From Ramazzottius varieornatus (lineage: Eukaryota > Animalia > Tardigrada), in NCBI GenBank assembly GCA_001949185.1, contig BDGG01000014.1, positions 961,378 through 1,025,377 of the forward strand: DNA of 64,000 nucleotides. The letters run 5' to 3'. Each line of letters starts with the position of its first letter. Position 1 is the stretch's first letter. Shown piece by piece: positions 44,393 to 57,477 of the stretch. The notes under the pieces are model-generated. The model was not told the origin of the DNA and made no database searches. It worked only from the letters and a program-made list of their open reading frames with translations. The translations under genes were made by a program, and so were the position numbers.

Positions 44393-45220
44393 CGGACCTA
44401 TGGCAACAGGACGCAAGTCCATTCAAAAGAGCTTTCTCTGTTACAATATAGAAAAAGGGTATTAATTTTCTATGTACACTTTCTGGAATTTGTTTTATTC
44501 TTTAACGCTTTATTGGCTTTACAATGCTTCTAACTTGACCATTATTGCATATTGACATCGTATCTTGATTCACTGCAGACTTATTAATATCTTGCCAGGT
44601 ACACAAATTCATGTCATCGCTAGAAAATTACTTTGGTCCATAAATGTTGCATCTTCTTTTGAATTTCACTTAGGGAATACTTGCGGAAAATAAGGAAGCG
44701 CTGCAGTGCCACCAGCACTTTGGTGCGTTGTCTTTGACGCTCCCACCTCCTGAGCGCATGATTACGACCTCATCTTCAGCCTGGTTGGCGCATTAGGGAT
44801 AGGTGATACATGAGGTTTTGATGAATAATCCAAAGATGGCTCACCAGGAGCATTATTCTATTTGACATATGCGATTTTCAGACCTCCCATACGCACTTTC
44901 AGCACATCAGGAAGGGGTCCATAAGCAGTTTATTACCAATAACAATATTGCTGATTGAAGATTAAGAAGGTCACGTCATTCAGCTAGTCCTTTAAGTGGA
45001 TTAAAGCATAACATGCTGTGTCAGCTCCGAAAAGGGGTAATCCCCGAAAAGAGGTAGTCTCTTTCAGAGCAGCACCTCGCCTTTTGTCAAATTTCTCCTT
45101 AATGTGACAAGCTTTGCACCACCTTCTGCGTTAAGACGCTTTCAGATCAAGATTTTGGCCGAAGCGGTTTGGAGTGAAGCAGAACTGGACTAGCCTTGAC
45201 TTGAGCACTTTGGTTTCAAA

Positions 45221-46539
45221 ATGAACCGGTTGAACACAAGTTTGGCAAAATCCTCCTGGGAATTGGCGCCTTACTTGAACGGAAGTTGGTCAGTGGCCAA
45301 GAACCAAAGCCTCCGTTCATTTTATTCGCCTTTCGATCCCGTCTACTTTAGCCTATGGTTCGCTCTGGCCATCGTCACCACCTCGGTGGGCATTGTGACC
45401 AACTCAGCGCTGATCTACGCCTGCTACAAAGACCGCGTCTCCCACCACGGACCGCGCTACATCATCGGCAACATGGCGCTGACCAGTCTGGCCTACACCT
45501 CCATCTTCCTGCCGGCCATGATGTTCTCCACCTATGTCTACTACTCGCTCAACCCTCACATCGTCCCCAACATCTGCCTCCTCTACCCCCTTAACCACGT
45601 CACCCAGAACGCCGCCACCTGGGCCGAAGTCGCTCTAGCCGCCAACCGCATCATCGCCATCTGCTTCCCCCTCAAGTACGACCGCTGGGTGACCAAAAGG
45701 TCATCGCTGTGCATGATCGCCATAGTGTGGGCCATCAGCATTGCCATTGTGGCCTTGTTTCTCCTGCACATCGGGGCGCAGTACGTCAAACCGCCCAACG
45801 CTTATGCATGTCTGCCAACCATCAAAGACGGCTTCGGAGTCTTCTTGAGTTTCGCCACCAGTAATATTCCACATTCCCTGGTTGCGGCTTCCTCTGTGGT
45901 CATTTTTGGGACGGCGGTGTACAAGCTGAGAATTAGTAGGTCAGTTAGCCCTCAGTCAGGCAGGCTGGTGAGGAAGCGCTTGGTCATTGCCAAGGCTATG
46001 GGCGTGTCCGTCGTCTGGTGGTGCGTTTGCTCGCTGCCGTGGACCATCTTCGTGGCCATCCGACCCGACATGATCGTACGCTATCCATCACTTCCCAACT
46101 GGTTTCGACTGGCTTTTTCAGTGGAACACGCTGTTAACCCGGTACGGATCAGATCAAGAGCCCACGACCTAGGACAAACAAACTCGACGAGATACTTTCT
46201 CCAAGCAGCGCATCATGCCAGCAAAAAACACCAGAAAACGTGCGCCACTTGGGAAATACCGAGTTTGTTTGCCGATCGGTCCCCGAGCAGGATTTTCAGA
46301 ATGTCACCATGATTATTTTTTTGTAGGTCATCTTTTTCACCATCAGTGCTGGGTATCGCAAAACAATCAGAGCTCTTGTGTGTGACTGGTGTGGTCAACG
46401 GCAGCAAGTGACACCAGACCGCGCTAATAGTCCTGTCCCCCGCGCACCGCCAGGCTCCTCCAAGAGCCATCCTCATTCTTCGGACCTTGGCAAAACACGC
46501 AACACAAGGAATACCGCTCTCAAATCTGACACCGCATAA
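45221..46539 (+). CDS. Orphan rhodopsin-like GPCR (2 exons: 45221-46141, 46327-46539)
   Basis: Seven hydrophobic segments; ANRIIAICFP (DRY-like), CSLPW and NP-VIFF across the intron. Confidence 0.85.
46168..46276. repeat. Family A element (1 unit) in the single intron of the GPCR
   Basis: aaacaaactcgac...gtgcgccacttgggaaa...gagtttgtttgccga. Confidence 0.8.
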
Positions 46540-47661
46540 TCAATAGCTTGTCACCTACCTGGCACCAACAGCTCGCAAAAAAAAAATTAATTTTCGGTAG
46601 TGCTTTTGGCCAGCAAGAAGGCAAGTTGCACGGGTATATGCGCCATCAACCAACGAGTGCGAAAAGCTGAAGCCTTGCTGCCTGAAAAATTGACCTGGTT
46701 CGTCATTTAAAATGGATGTGCCCAAAGTGAGTCAATCTTCGAAAAGAGCTTTCCAAATCAATATCGTCTGGTAGGAAAGAAACAGGCTGCTGACGGCGTA
46801 TCGCAGACTCTGGTTGATAAACAGAGCCCTCAGTGGGTCGAGCACTTGCATCACCAACCCGCAGACGAAATGCCGGCAGTGGATAATTTTCCTCATACTG
46901 TGCAAGCTTAAAGTGCTGGGCTTTCTCCGAGAGGAATTGGCTTTCGGCGTTAAATCATCGACGAAGTTCGACGAAAGGCGGGGCACCATCGAGATGAGCA
47001 AGTCGACAGGCCGTTCGCCTGAAAAGTGTAACGGGCGGAGCCCGATGCCAAAAGAAAACAGAACTTTGGCACCACGCCCCTTTCGTTGGGCACAGCTGTC
47101 CACTACTTTGATTGCTTCCCAAAAGTGTTCCGCCAAACAAGTTAACTTATTCTTGGCTGATTTTCATTCGCGAATCTTCCTGCTCATCTAAAATATATTT
47201 TGGCCAAGAATTGAGAGGGAACGAAAAGCGGATGTCAGAGGAGATAGCACCATGCTGTTCTTTGCCAGGAAAGTTCAGTAGGGCAAAGTAGAATCGTGCC
47301 GTCTGACGTCACGCACGATCCAGGCGGACGCACTGTTCAGTGGTGTTTCATCATACTGACGTCGCATTTTTCATCCGCACGACCTGCCAAGTTTCTATTT
47401 TCTATTGGCATGCAGCCAAATGATGTGAGGTCTAAGCTCTGTTTCATCTGCCCATCTGGGTAATACTGTTTCATCTGGGTAATACTTTTGGCCTGCTGGC
47501 CACTTCGCCGTACACCGTTTGTGGAATCTTCAACGGCCATAGATCTTGGATCAGTTTCTGCGACATCTCGGCCGTTCCAGAAAGATGAGATGAGCTCTTG
47601 ATCATCCCGCTGATAGGATCTCTGATCCCCGCTATGTACGATCCACCTAACAGTCGTACGC

Positions 47662-47935
47662 GTCAATCAGTACCGGGGTGCCAGAACGTGGCATACCGGC
47701 TAATCAACGATCGGTTGTCAATCAGTGAGATGTACTCAGCCCAAGGATTCACAATCAGGTGATCAATGGCAAGCTATCTTGATTGCAGGTGATTTCACGT
47801 GTACGTTCCACTGATTGACAACTGATCGTTGATTAGCCGGCATGCCGCGTTCTGGCACGCCGGTANNNNNNNNNNNNNNNNNNNNNNNNNNNNNNNNNNN
47901 NNNNNNNNNNNNNNNCGCCGGTACTGATTGACGTA
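47662..47935. repeat. Long palindrome (~70-bp arms) abutting an assembly gap
   Basis: gtaccggggtgccagaacgtggcataccggctaatcaacgatcggttgtcaatcagtg is inverted at ~47809-47865. Confidence 0.8.
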
Positions 47936-48244
47936 AACATCGGACAGGTGCGGTTGGTTACGCTGACGGCACTAATGGGTTGATTGAAGATTACGAAACC
48001 AGATCCAGAGGAACAGGATGGAGCTTCTTACGGTGGTGTCGGTGGCGATGTGAAAGCGGAGAATTAGTGGAACGTGTGGGCTAATTGGTGAATAAGCAGA
48101 ACATCAAACTTATACAGCCCTACTAACATAAAGCAAATAAAATGTTAACTTAGTGGACTCTGTTAACTGCTGTATTTTTACTGTTAACAGCCGGAGATAA
48201 AATAAAGAGAAATATATGCATAAAGATACATTGAATCTTATGTA

Positions 48245-48437
48245 CACGCACGAATTTAACGTAAGGAGCAGTAAAGAGTTTCAACTAAACGGAAAAGACG
48301 GCAGACTCAAATTCAGCCACAGAAAGTTGTCAAAAGCGCACTGGTGTAAATTGCACATGTATGTACGTACTTTCGTTCCGCTGTGGATATCGCCTGGTCC
48401 AAACTGTCTAATGCTCCAAACTTTCTCTTCGTGCGTG
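48245..48437. mobile_element. MITE family C copy
   Basis: tacacgcacgaa...ttcgtgcgtgt. Confidence 0.7.
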
Positions 48438-48518
48438 TGCATGTTGTGCCCTGGTTCAACAGTCTATTAACGAAGATAGGCTTGTGCTGACCGGCTGGGA
48501 CCGGGTACAGTGAGACGG

Positions 48519-51212
48519 CTAATAATATCCTGGAAAAGACAAAGGCGGTAGAATGCGTCCAGTACACGAGCCGAAGCCAATCGACTTCCCTTCTTTCGCG
48601 CAGCGACCTAGAAGAGAAAGCTACTTCTAAAATTTGAACAGGGAACCGGTTCCTTGTGTGGATGAATGAGTGTGGTCCTCTGACCTGTGATAACGATTTC
48701 GTCACCATCTAGTAGGAAGCCTCGTGGCTGGCCGTTGGCAAGTATCACAGGAACCGAACCTCTTTCCGATAACTCGGCCATACTCCCAGCCGAGCTCTTA
48801 GTCTAAAGTGTAAGAGCGCAACTAGGTTTCGACGGCCCAGTTTCATAACGATCGATCGGTGGGTAAATTGCTCAGGGAGGGTGTTCACAATTTTGGGATC
48901 CCAAGGGCTAAGTTAAACTACTGACGCAGTCTGGTGTAACAGACATCGGGCAACGCGATGCAATATATTATTTGACTGTCTGACCTGTAGTCAGGTGACT
49001 ACGTCAAACAAATCTGAAGGGGTTCGGAATTTTGAATAAAAATGTTTCGACGTCACCGTGATGTCATACAACGTGAGAATGCGCCTGCAGCTGTCGGGAG
49101 GCTAAACTCCGGCGTGGGGGTATTTTCGGGAATATTTTTCCCAATGGGCGGACAGTTATTTTCTACTTTGAGCTACGGCGAGGTACAGCAAACTGATCAT
49201 GCAGTGACCCCAGATGTTCGCACCAACTTGATGTCGGAAAAGGGTCGTTCGGAAGCAAACAAAGATGGAACTGGACCGCCGAAACCCAAGTATCTTTGTG
49301 CGACCCAGGGACTATAGCTAGCGGTGTCAGGGTCACGGTGAGATCCTGGTACTGATACAGGCCGCTTACCGGTCCAGAAATTGTCCCACTGCCAAGCAGG
49401 TCTCCTGTTTTCAAGTTACATCCGTTCGATGTGTGATGAGCCACCTGCTGGGCCAGCGTCCAGTACATGTACTAGGAAAAGAGCTCAACAGACCAATAGC
49501 AAATTCCGGGCTATAATTGGGCTTCTCATTTGGTGGTAGGCGTTACCTTGTAGTTGGTTGTGCTGAGCCGCGTCACACTTTCAGCGCCTTCCGTGCTGAG
49601 GTGAACATGAAGGCTAATATCAAACGTCGACGGAATCCTGTGTTGGAGGTACGGTAGCGGTGTGGGCTTTTGTACGTCCAACATGTCGCATCGAAAAGGT
49701 TGCAGAGCCTCCATTGTGACAACCCAAGGCGATATGGTGGTAGCGTAGCTCTTGGAGAGGAAACATCCCAAAGGTTTCCACTCCCAGCTCTGCATGTCCC
49801 TGGCTACGAGCGGAGACATTTTCTGTTGAGTCATTGGAAAGACAGTGAGGAAGCTTTATCTTTCCAACTGAACGGGCTCACCACTCCAGTCGTTCAGCAA
49901 AACCATGCCGAATACGTGCTTTTCTGCGTCATCAACAGGAATGGGTCTGCCGAGGTCGTTGCCTCTTCCAATCAGCGCACCCAACTCCACTTCAAAATCT
50001 AGCTGCTCGGTAGGTCCGAAGGTGACGATGCCTGTTGAGGATAGTCGCTGCCCATTGGGTCGGCGAATCGCTGTCCCGGAAGGGATGATGGACGAAGCGC
50101 GGCTGTGATACGCCACCGGCATGTAGTTCCTACAAGATGACCATTTGCGTCCATTTTCACAATACTGTGGGGCTGTGGCAATAGAAATGTCCAATACCAG
50201 TTTTGGTTGATCTGCAAGTTATCGTCAGTGAACATGATGCGGTCGTTCTCGGCATGTTTCTTCGAGGCCGAAAAGTCCGTCAAGTCGCCTACGGTTCACG
50301 TAGTGTATTCCCTCGATGGTTTCGCGAACCGCGTCATGACGACATGACATGACTGATTGTCTGATTGTCGACCATCACGGAACTTGATTGGCGAGTAACG
50401 TTGATGGAAGACACAGGCATTTTCCATTCCCGCCGGGTAATATTTACGTCGACCGTCACGTCATTCGCGAAACCATCGAGGGAATACAGTACGTAGCCTG
50501 ATGCATTCGGCTAAACTGTCAAATTCTCACACAACGCAGCACTTGTCAAAATCATGCAGAGCCATACGTACCAATTTTGGCCGGCAGATGAAGACGTGCC
50601 TCGGCTTGTGGTATTAATGCTCTACCGGAAACAGTATCGATGATAAGATAAGCGATGCCTTCTAGCCAGGAAATAATTTCTCTTTACAAAAGAGCAGTCA
50701 TACCTTACTTCTTGCTCAAATTCGTGTTGTCACGCAGCATTCCTTCGCTGGACGATAAAAGTTTGTGGATTGTCTGCCGCGCTTCGGACCAGGCAGCTGG
50801 GCCCAACTCCATAAAGTCGTGGAGTGATTCCTGCATTGAAAAGCTAAATGCAAGCGAACTCGGAATGCAAAGGAGAGGAAACGAAATACGAAGGTTTGCC
50901 TGCAGTCAATCCCCACCTCTTTGAAGACATGGCAACACTTGGAAAGTATCGGTCCGCAGAAGCAACCAACCTTGCTCAGATCGAGAATGTGCTCTCCGAT
51001 GGCTACTCCAACCCGTCTGTTGGGCTGTGAACAACAACTGTAGAGCTTCAGCTGATTGTGCCGCAGGTTAAAACTCCAGAGCGATAATGGTCTAAACTAA
51101 AGCAGCTTTGCACAGTTGCGGATCCCACCTCTGATTCTGTGCTGAATATTCCGTATGGCATGTTGGACAGTGTAAAATCACTGTTGGCTGGAATGGGAAC
51201 ACAGCTGTCCAT
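48519..51212 (-). CDS. FAH: Fumarylacetoacetase-like (divergent)
   Basis: [58 protein letters not shown] and IGFGSCTG. Confidence 0.9.
50303..50489. mobile_element. TA-flanked MITE with 25-bp perfect TIR in an FAH intron
   Basis: tgtattccctcgatggtttcgcgaa (50304-50328) is the exact reverse complement of 50464-50488. Confidence 0.85.
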
Positions 51213-51898
51213 CTTATGCCTTTCCAAATGCTAAACGTACGATTATGAGACTGTGCCCTAATACAGTGTAAAGCAGTGGGTTACGGACAGCCACTATGGT
51301 CAGATTTGTTAACTGAGAAGGGTAGAGCTTAATGTGCCAAGTACTGTGTTACATAACGTGAGTAATGAAATGTGAAATGACTTGGCGCCTGGCGGCAGAA
51401 TACGGTTAACGGCATTTTGTAGGGACGATGCCAACCGCCAAGCCGAAAACCGTCATTGTATATGTACACCTTCACGTCTTTTGCGTACATGGCCCTAGTG
51501 CCCACAAAAGAAGCTGGCGGTCAGGAATGTTAGGTTAAGGTTATACAGGAACGGGAAAGTGTAACGTGCGAGTATCTCATGATAAGACGTTTGTATTCGA
51601 TCGAGTCTCGTTTAGGTAGGGGATAAGAAACGACAGAAGCTTCCACTGAAAACGTAGAGGACAGTTCCCTCCGGCTCCGTTTGATACAGGACGTGGTGAA
51701 AGGGAAGGAGAGGTGGTCAGTGCAAAAATACAGCGTACGCCAATCCGTCGTGTAACACAGCTAAGTAGTCATGGGCGGGTCACCTACTTGTCCACGGATA
51801 TTCGGTATGTATGATTCGCTAATCTGGGTGAAGAAGTGTCGCGAGCTCGAGTATTGATTTTGAGGGTAGACGCATGCGGCTGGAACCGCCTATATTCT

Positions 51899-54800
51899 TC
51901 AGAGTGAAAGCGTGGCATTCTGCGAACGCTTCGATTCTCTGGAAGGAGTTCGCTGAAGACTCTTTAGCTCCATATGGCTAATACAGCTATGGATAGTTTG
52001 CACGCTAGAGGCGCTGCGCATCCCCTGGGACAGGTAATTGGTATTAGGTAGCGCCAGTCCCTCGACAGCGGCTGCAGCATCGCCAGTTCCTCGTGGTGTC
52101 CTCCGTGCTGCCCAGAAGGTGGGCGAGGGCGGATAAGAGACATGCCCTTGTTGCTGTTGACCAAAGCACTTGGGGCACAGTCGTTGCAGCGACGGTCGGA
52201 GCGACAAATGGAAGCCGCCGTAGATGATGGGGTTGGCGCAGCTGGAGAACCAGGCCAGACATTTGGCCAGCACTTTGAAGAAGGAGGGAACATTGTGCTT
52301 GTGCTGGTACTCGGTCCAGACGTTGAGGAGATTGATGGAGAAGTAAGGTGCCCAGCAGACCATGTAGCAGAGGAGGATGCAGATGGTCAGTTGGATGGCT
52401 TTCATCTTGGCCCGATCGATCCCCTTCTGTGTGCGCTTGGAGTTGTTGCGACGGAGGGTGGTCCTTTCCGTCTCCTCTGCACCAGCAACGTGGAAAGTGG
52501 AGGAACTGCGCCAGACGATGATGGCGATGTTGACGTAACAGTAGGCCACGCAACACATGGGAATGATAAAAACCAGCAGGGCGATCCATGTCACGTAAAC
52601 TTTGCGTTGCCATTCCGCTTGGTAGCCTGAGCTCTTGCACGAGTACAAGGCTGTGCCGTCAGCACGCTTGCCCACTTCCTCCTGCAACAAACAGGATGGC
52701 ATTTTGTGTGTCGGACAAGATTCTTCAAGCACGAGCGCGAGCATCTTGGTCGGGCAGGTGAAGTTGGTCACTCTGAATAAACGAATTAAGCAGCGAGCGC
52801 GGTCTTGTACCCACGCCGGATCTTTCACGATTTCCATTTCTTAGCTTTGACTGTGTGATACACACATTTCTCAGAACATGCGAGTAACAGTCTTTGTAAC
52901 GGATGGAAAGATATCTCAGACTGCAACAGTTTCCAATGTTTGAAACTTGGTTCTTGTCGTGGCTGACAAAGGAATAACGCCGATCATTAAATTCTGATGT
53001 TTTGACCGATTTCACACCAAGATAAGGTAAAGTTTACTCAAGGGTTCAAATCATACACCTGCGGCGCATGAAAATCCTTGCTGATACTGCGGGATCCGGA
53101 AGCAAGGGCACCAAGTCGCTGCAGTGACGTGAAGGTCTTTGATTGAGAATTTGATTGATCACAAATTTTAACCCGATCGGCTGTATTGACACTCTGGTAC
53201 AGAAGGGCGAACCAGAACACGTTGTCGANNNNNNNNNNNNNNNNNNNNNNNNNNNNNNNNNNNNNNNNNNNNNNNNNNGGAGCCCTTACTTCCGGATCTC
53301 GCAATATCTTCTACGACTTTTATGCGCCCTAGGTCAGTAGCTTAAGCTGTGGAAGCGACTCTCCTCTACAGTATTTTCCTGTGAAGTCGGTCGGATCATC
53401 AGAAATCAATGGCTGGCATTATTACCTTGTGAATGGCAGTAGAGAAATTTTTGCGTGCGGTTACAGACCCAGCATGGAAAACCGCCCAGAGTTCCCTGGC
53501 CTGTCTGAGTATGCAGAGTAAGAAAATACTGTCCAGGGTGTAGTTTAGACCTTGCTCTACTGCGCTAAAATACGCTTGTAGCTGGCGCACTTATTACCTT
53601 ATTAACTTATCGGAGGGTAACAAGTATGACGACCTTTGTTGACTACTGACAAGTGAACCGACCTTTGGTAATAAGTATGACGACCTTTGGTAACAAGTGG
53701 GCCGACCTTTGTTAATATGGAAATGTGCCGACCTTTGGTAATAAGTATGACGTCCGTTATTAAACTACCTTGTTTTGGACATAAGGGTTTCTGTCTGCAA
53801 CGCGTGCCACCGACCCAATGTCCGGAAAAGGGATAGATTGAACTTGGGCAGTAGTCAACAGCTGTTACCGGTACAAATCTGCGTTTCGTTTCGGCAGCAT
53901 GCCCAGTGGTCATGCCGCTTTCGTCACAGACCCGTGTCATCTCGTGTAGGCCTTGGAATTTCCAGTTTGCGTCTCTGCATCACCATCAAGCCTTGTTTAT
54001 CTAAACGAAAAAGCTATCTCTTTTCCGAACATTAGTTCGGTGGCACACCTTGTAGGGACTAATCCGCATGGTGCGGGAAAAAAGCCACTTTTCGTAACGG
54101 TCGTCATACTTATTACGGTGTACCAAAGGACAGCGCACTTATTATGTCTATCTCATCAGGTAACGAAGTTTCAAGTGCGCCGGCTACACACGCTAAGCCT
54201 TTCCAGAGCGTATACTCTATGCGGAATACGCTCATCAAGACTTCATCAAATCAAGAACCTGAGGACTGCCGCTACTACTGCCTGTTAGTCAAACAGAGAA
54301 AAGCTGATCAAGCTTGTTGTTGTCAATGCAACAGAATTTACAACAGAAATTTCAGTGACGTATGGTGTACCTGGACGAAGATGAAAAGCTGGGGGATGGC
54401 CAGAAGAGCAGCCAGTACCCAAGAGACGACAATCATCCTGCGGCTGCGAGCTAAGCTGCGTGAAAAGACCATGGGCTTGCAGATGGCTTCGTAACGATCG
54501 TAGCTCATGGAAATCAGAATGGAGGCCGTGCTTATGAACAAGAGGCATTGGACGTAGGTGGCCAACTTGCAGGCGAAGTTGCCGAAGATCCACTGGCCGA
54601 ATGCCTCCCAAAATAACTCGGTCGACATGGACAAGAGCGCAATCAAGATGTCCGCTACGGTAACAGAGTTTACAGTTATGGCATAACATGCTCAATACTC
54701 TACTGTGCTGTAAAATCCTTTTGTTACCGAATTGGTAAACCAAACGTCCATTCTATGGGGAGCAAAGGTACACTTACTGGTGGCCAGCGACATGACAAAC

Positions 54801-55054
54801 ATGGTGACGGGGCGTTGCCATCCCTTGGTCTGGATGAGATGGGCCAGGACGATGCTGTTGCCGCAGATGGCGACGACCATGAACATGGCCAGCAGGATAA
54901 TTTGTTGCAGGACTTCCGGAGAGAGACCTTTCTGATGCATGATGTCCGCCATTGTGCTGTTGGCGCTGGGCTCCACGGAAAAATGCAGCAGCGTGTCCCC
55001 CGATTCGGCTTCACCGTCGTTGACCATGGTTTCAGAAGGGTTCGCCGTCTCCAT
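51899..55054 (-). CDS. Neuropeptide GPCR, vasopressin/GnRH/CCAP receptor superfamily (3 exons)
   Basis: GNSIV, WIFGNFACK, MSYDRYEAICKPM, IPQLFIF, RAKMKAIQLT, CWAPYF and SCANPIIY. Confidence 0.9.
53581..54184. mobile_element. Foldback-like element family D (TIR GCCGGCGCACTT, subterminal tandem gacctttggtaataagt repeats)
   Basis: TA-flanked inverted ends; related element at 56732-57477. Confidence 0.7.
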
Positions 55055-55713
55055 GCTCGGACTGACCCACAAGTACCCAGCTAAAGGGACCTTTGACAAG
55101 ACCTAGTCGGCAACTCAGTTCTAGAAGGAATGATGTGCTTTGCCAGTGCGCTGTAAGACCCGATGCGAGGTATTTTCTTCATATAAAGACATTCCTCCCA
55201 CTTGAGGTATGGTGCACGTGCGCAGCAGGATTAATCCTCTCACGTTCAACGTTGTCAGAGGCAGTCGTGTCAACGGAACATCTTGTACGATAGGTGGCTT
55301 AGCATACATGGTCTGGCCTGATGATACTTTTCCCTTCGGTGCCTCTCTTGTCACTGCGGGGCCATTATCTATCCGTGGTACCATCTGCCGCGGTGACGCT
55401 GGAGCCTATAGGGTTGGGCAGGCTGTCAGTTGCTCTGACAAGGAAGTGCCTGGCCATCGGCAGGGGAGCCATCCGCCCTCTGCTGTACAGGACAACAGAC
55501 AGCTGGCACTCTACACAGAGAAATCGAGCAAAGGAAAACTAATCCATTTTGAAAATCAAACTTTATAAAAGGAGTCGCTGGAGCCTTCGAGAGGTTGCGA
55601 AATGCGTGACACTTTGAGGAAAAAGATAAAACAAACGACTGAGGAAGGCCATGGTAATTCCCTTGGTAGTAACTAGCAAGGGGCACACCCCTTGAAAGGC
55701 GAGCTCAGTGCAT

Positions 55714-55767
55714 GCACCTGCGTGCACGGAGTCGGGTATAAATGGCGATAAGCGTGTATTTAGGTGC
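55714..55767. repeat. Family G unit upstream of the GPCR
   Basis: GCACCTGCGTGC-N30-GTATTTAGGTGC. Confidence 0.5.
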
Positions 55768-56078
55768 GTGAAAGAAGCCAGTCACACACGCATGCTCTAA
55801 ATTAACCCGGACCCGGTTCAATGCGCTGGCCAACGGCAACATGTTCTGCTAGAACTTCGCCCCAAAAACCGACATCACGTGGCTGGTCAAAAACAACATT
55901 GCCCAACTTTCCCTTAAGAGGGTTTCGCTTCGCTCGCATTGATTGGCCCACTAAGTCAAAGAAGAGCTGGTCAAAATGTATTTTGATTGTCTGATTGCCC
56001 GGAGTGGAGGCCCTGCATTTCCCGGGCACCGATCACGCTCCAACCGAAGTAATACTGAAGGCGATTGCACTATGGCTA

Positions 56079-56545
56079 CACGGATGGATGAACAGATGGA
56101 TGAAACCGTCCTCCGGATTGTTGATGGATGGGTGAGGTCTCCATCCTGATGGTTGATGGATGGATGGAACTCCTATCCGGATGATCCGATTTTCCAACCG
56201 GATAGCGTACTAAATTATTCAAACAACTCAAAATAAAAACTTTGGTCAGAAGGGGGCTTTAAGTGGGCGTTTCGAGATGGCATCTGCGGCAACCTGTTCG
56301 TATTCGATCGGACCTCGGGTTCTCCAGCGGAACAGAGTCCGCATCGCTCCCAGCTTTGATCGATTTTCATTTGGTAAACTTGTTCAAGTCCCTGTCCAAG
56401 TCATGGTTCTATCCGGATAGAAAGTTAGTTGGATGGAAGACCCATCCGGATCACGTCCGGATGGACGGGATTTTAGTTGGGCGATGGATGGATGGGTAGC
56501 TCATCCAATCCCATTTCTATCGGGATTCATCCGGATCCATCCGTG
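56079..56545. repeat. GGAT/ATCC-rich element with CACGGATGGAT inverted ends
   Basis: Terminal IR at 56079-56089 and 56535-56545; internal ggatgg and atccggat repeats. Confidence 0.6.
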
Positions 56546-56731
56546 GTCGGATTGGATTTTAACACTCTATTGTCAATTGTCAGCTCCCAGAGCCTGACGG
56601 ACTCTTTAGGGGAAAATAGGTTCCCTTTGAACCTGATTGGTACCGCCATGCAAGGTCATATTTATGGCTGACTCTCAAATCATACGGTTTGATTTTTTCA
56701 TCGGTGTTTTGCTGATAGATGTACGGTTGTT

Positions 56732-57477
56732 GCCGGCACGCTCATTACCTTATTACCTATTGGAAAATTGATGAGTGGGCCGGCGTTTGATGATAAGTAG
56801 GCCGACCTTTGGGTCTTTGGCAATAAGTAATAACTACGTTTACTCGTGGATAAGAAAACGCGAGCCTTATGAAAGGACTGTGATTGCCCATACGCAAGTA
56901 CTGGCGCCGAGTTTATATGTACATTCTTGTATCCGTTTTATGATATTACTAAAAAGGCCACACTGCCTTTGCTGCTCCGGCAAAGACTTCACAGGATAAC
57001 TGATCTCACCACCTGCTGCTATGACAAGGATAGCAGCAACTTTCTTGATACTCGTGAGCAACAGTCGAGTACTGATTGCTACAGCCATGGATTTTGCGTG
57101 ACACAGCCAGCACAGGACTGTTAAAAGGCACCACAATCGAATCCGAAACAGCCGATCGCCGAATGTCCATCTACAAAGCCCTAACTGTCTCTAGGTTAGA
57201 ACAGAGGCAGCGCTTGCAGAATATCCGGCTGTGTTTGATTGTCGATCGTTGCTGAAAACTTTCGCTTAAGAGTCCAACAAACACGAAAAATCTAGTACTC
57301 CAAATTAGCCTCCGGCCTGCGTACTAATGCGTAGCACACGTAGTATTTAGATAAACGGCCCGGTGTGAAAACCTTTTGTAAAGGTCGTCATACTTATCAC
57401 CAAAGGTCGGCCCACTTGTTACCAAAGGTCGGCATACTACCTCACCAATTACGTAGCAAGGATATAAGTGCGCCGGC
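56732..57477. mobile_element. Foldback-like element family D copy
   Basis: gccggcacgctcattacc ... ataagtgcgccggc ends with tandem accaaaggtcgg repeats. Confidence 0.65.

Noticed and set aside
46732-47666. Minus-strand ORFs of 134 and 109 aa
   Set aside because: No recognisable domain or coherent exon structure.
47866-47915. Gap suggesting missing sequence
   Set aside because: cgccggta occurs on both sides and completes the palindrome arm, so it is probably a hairpin-induced assembly artefact.
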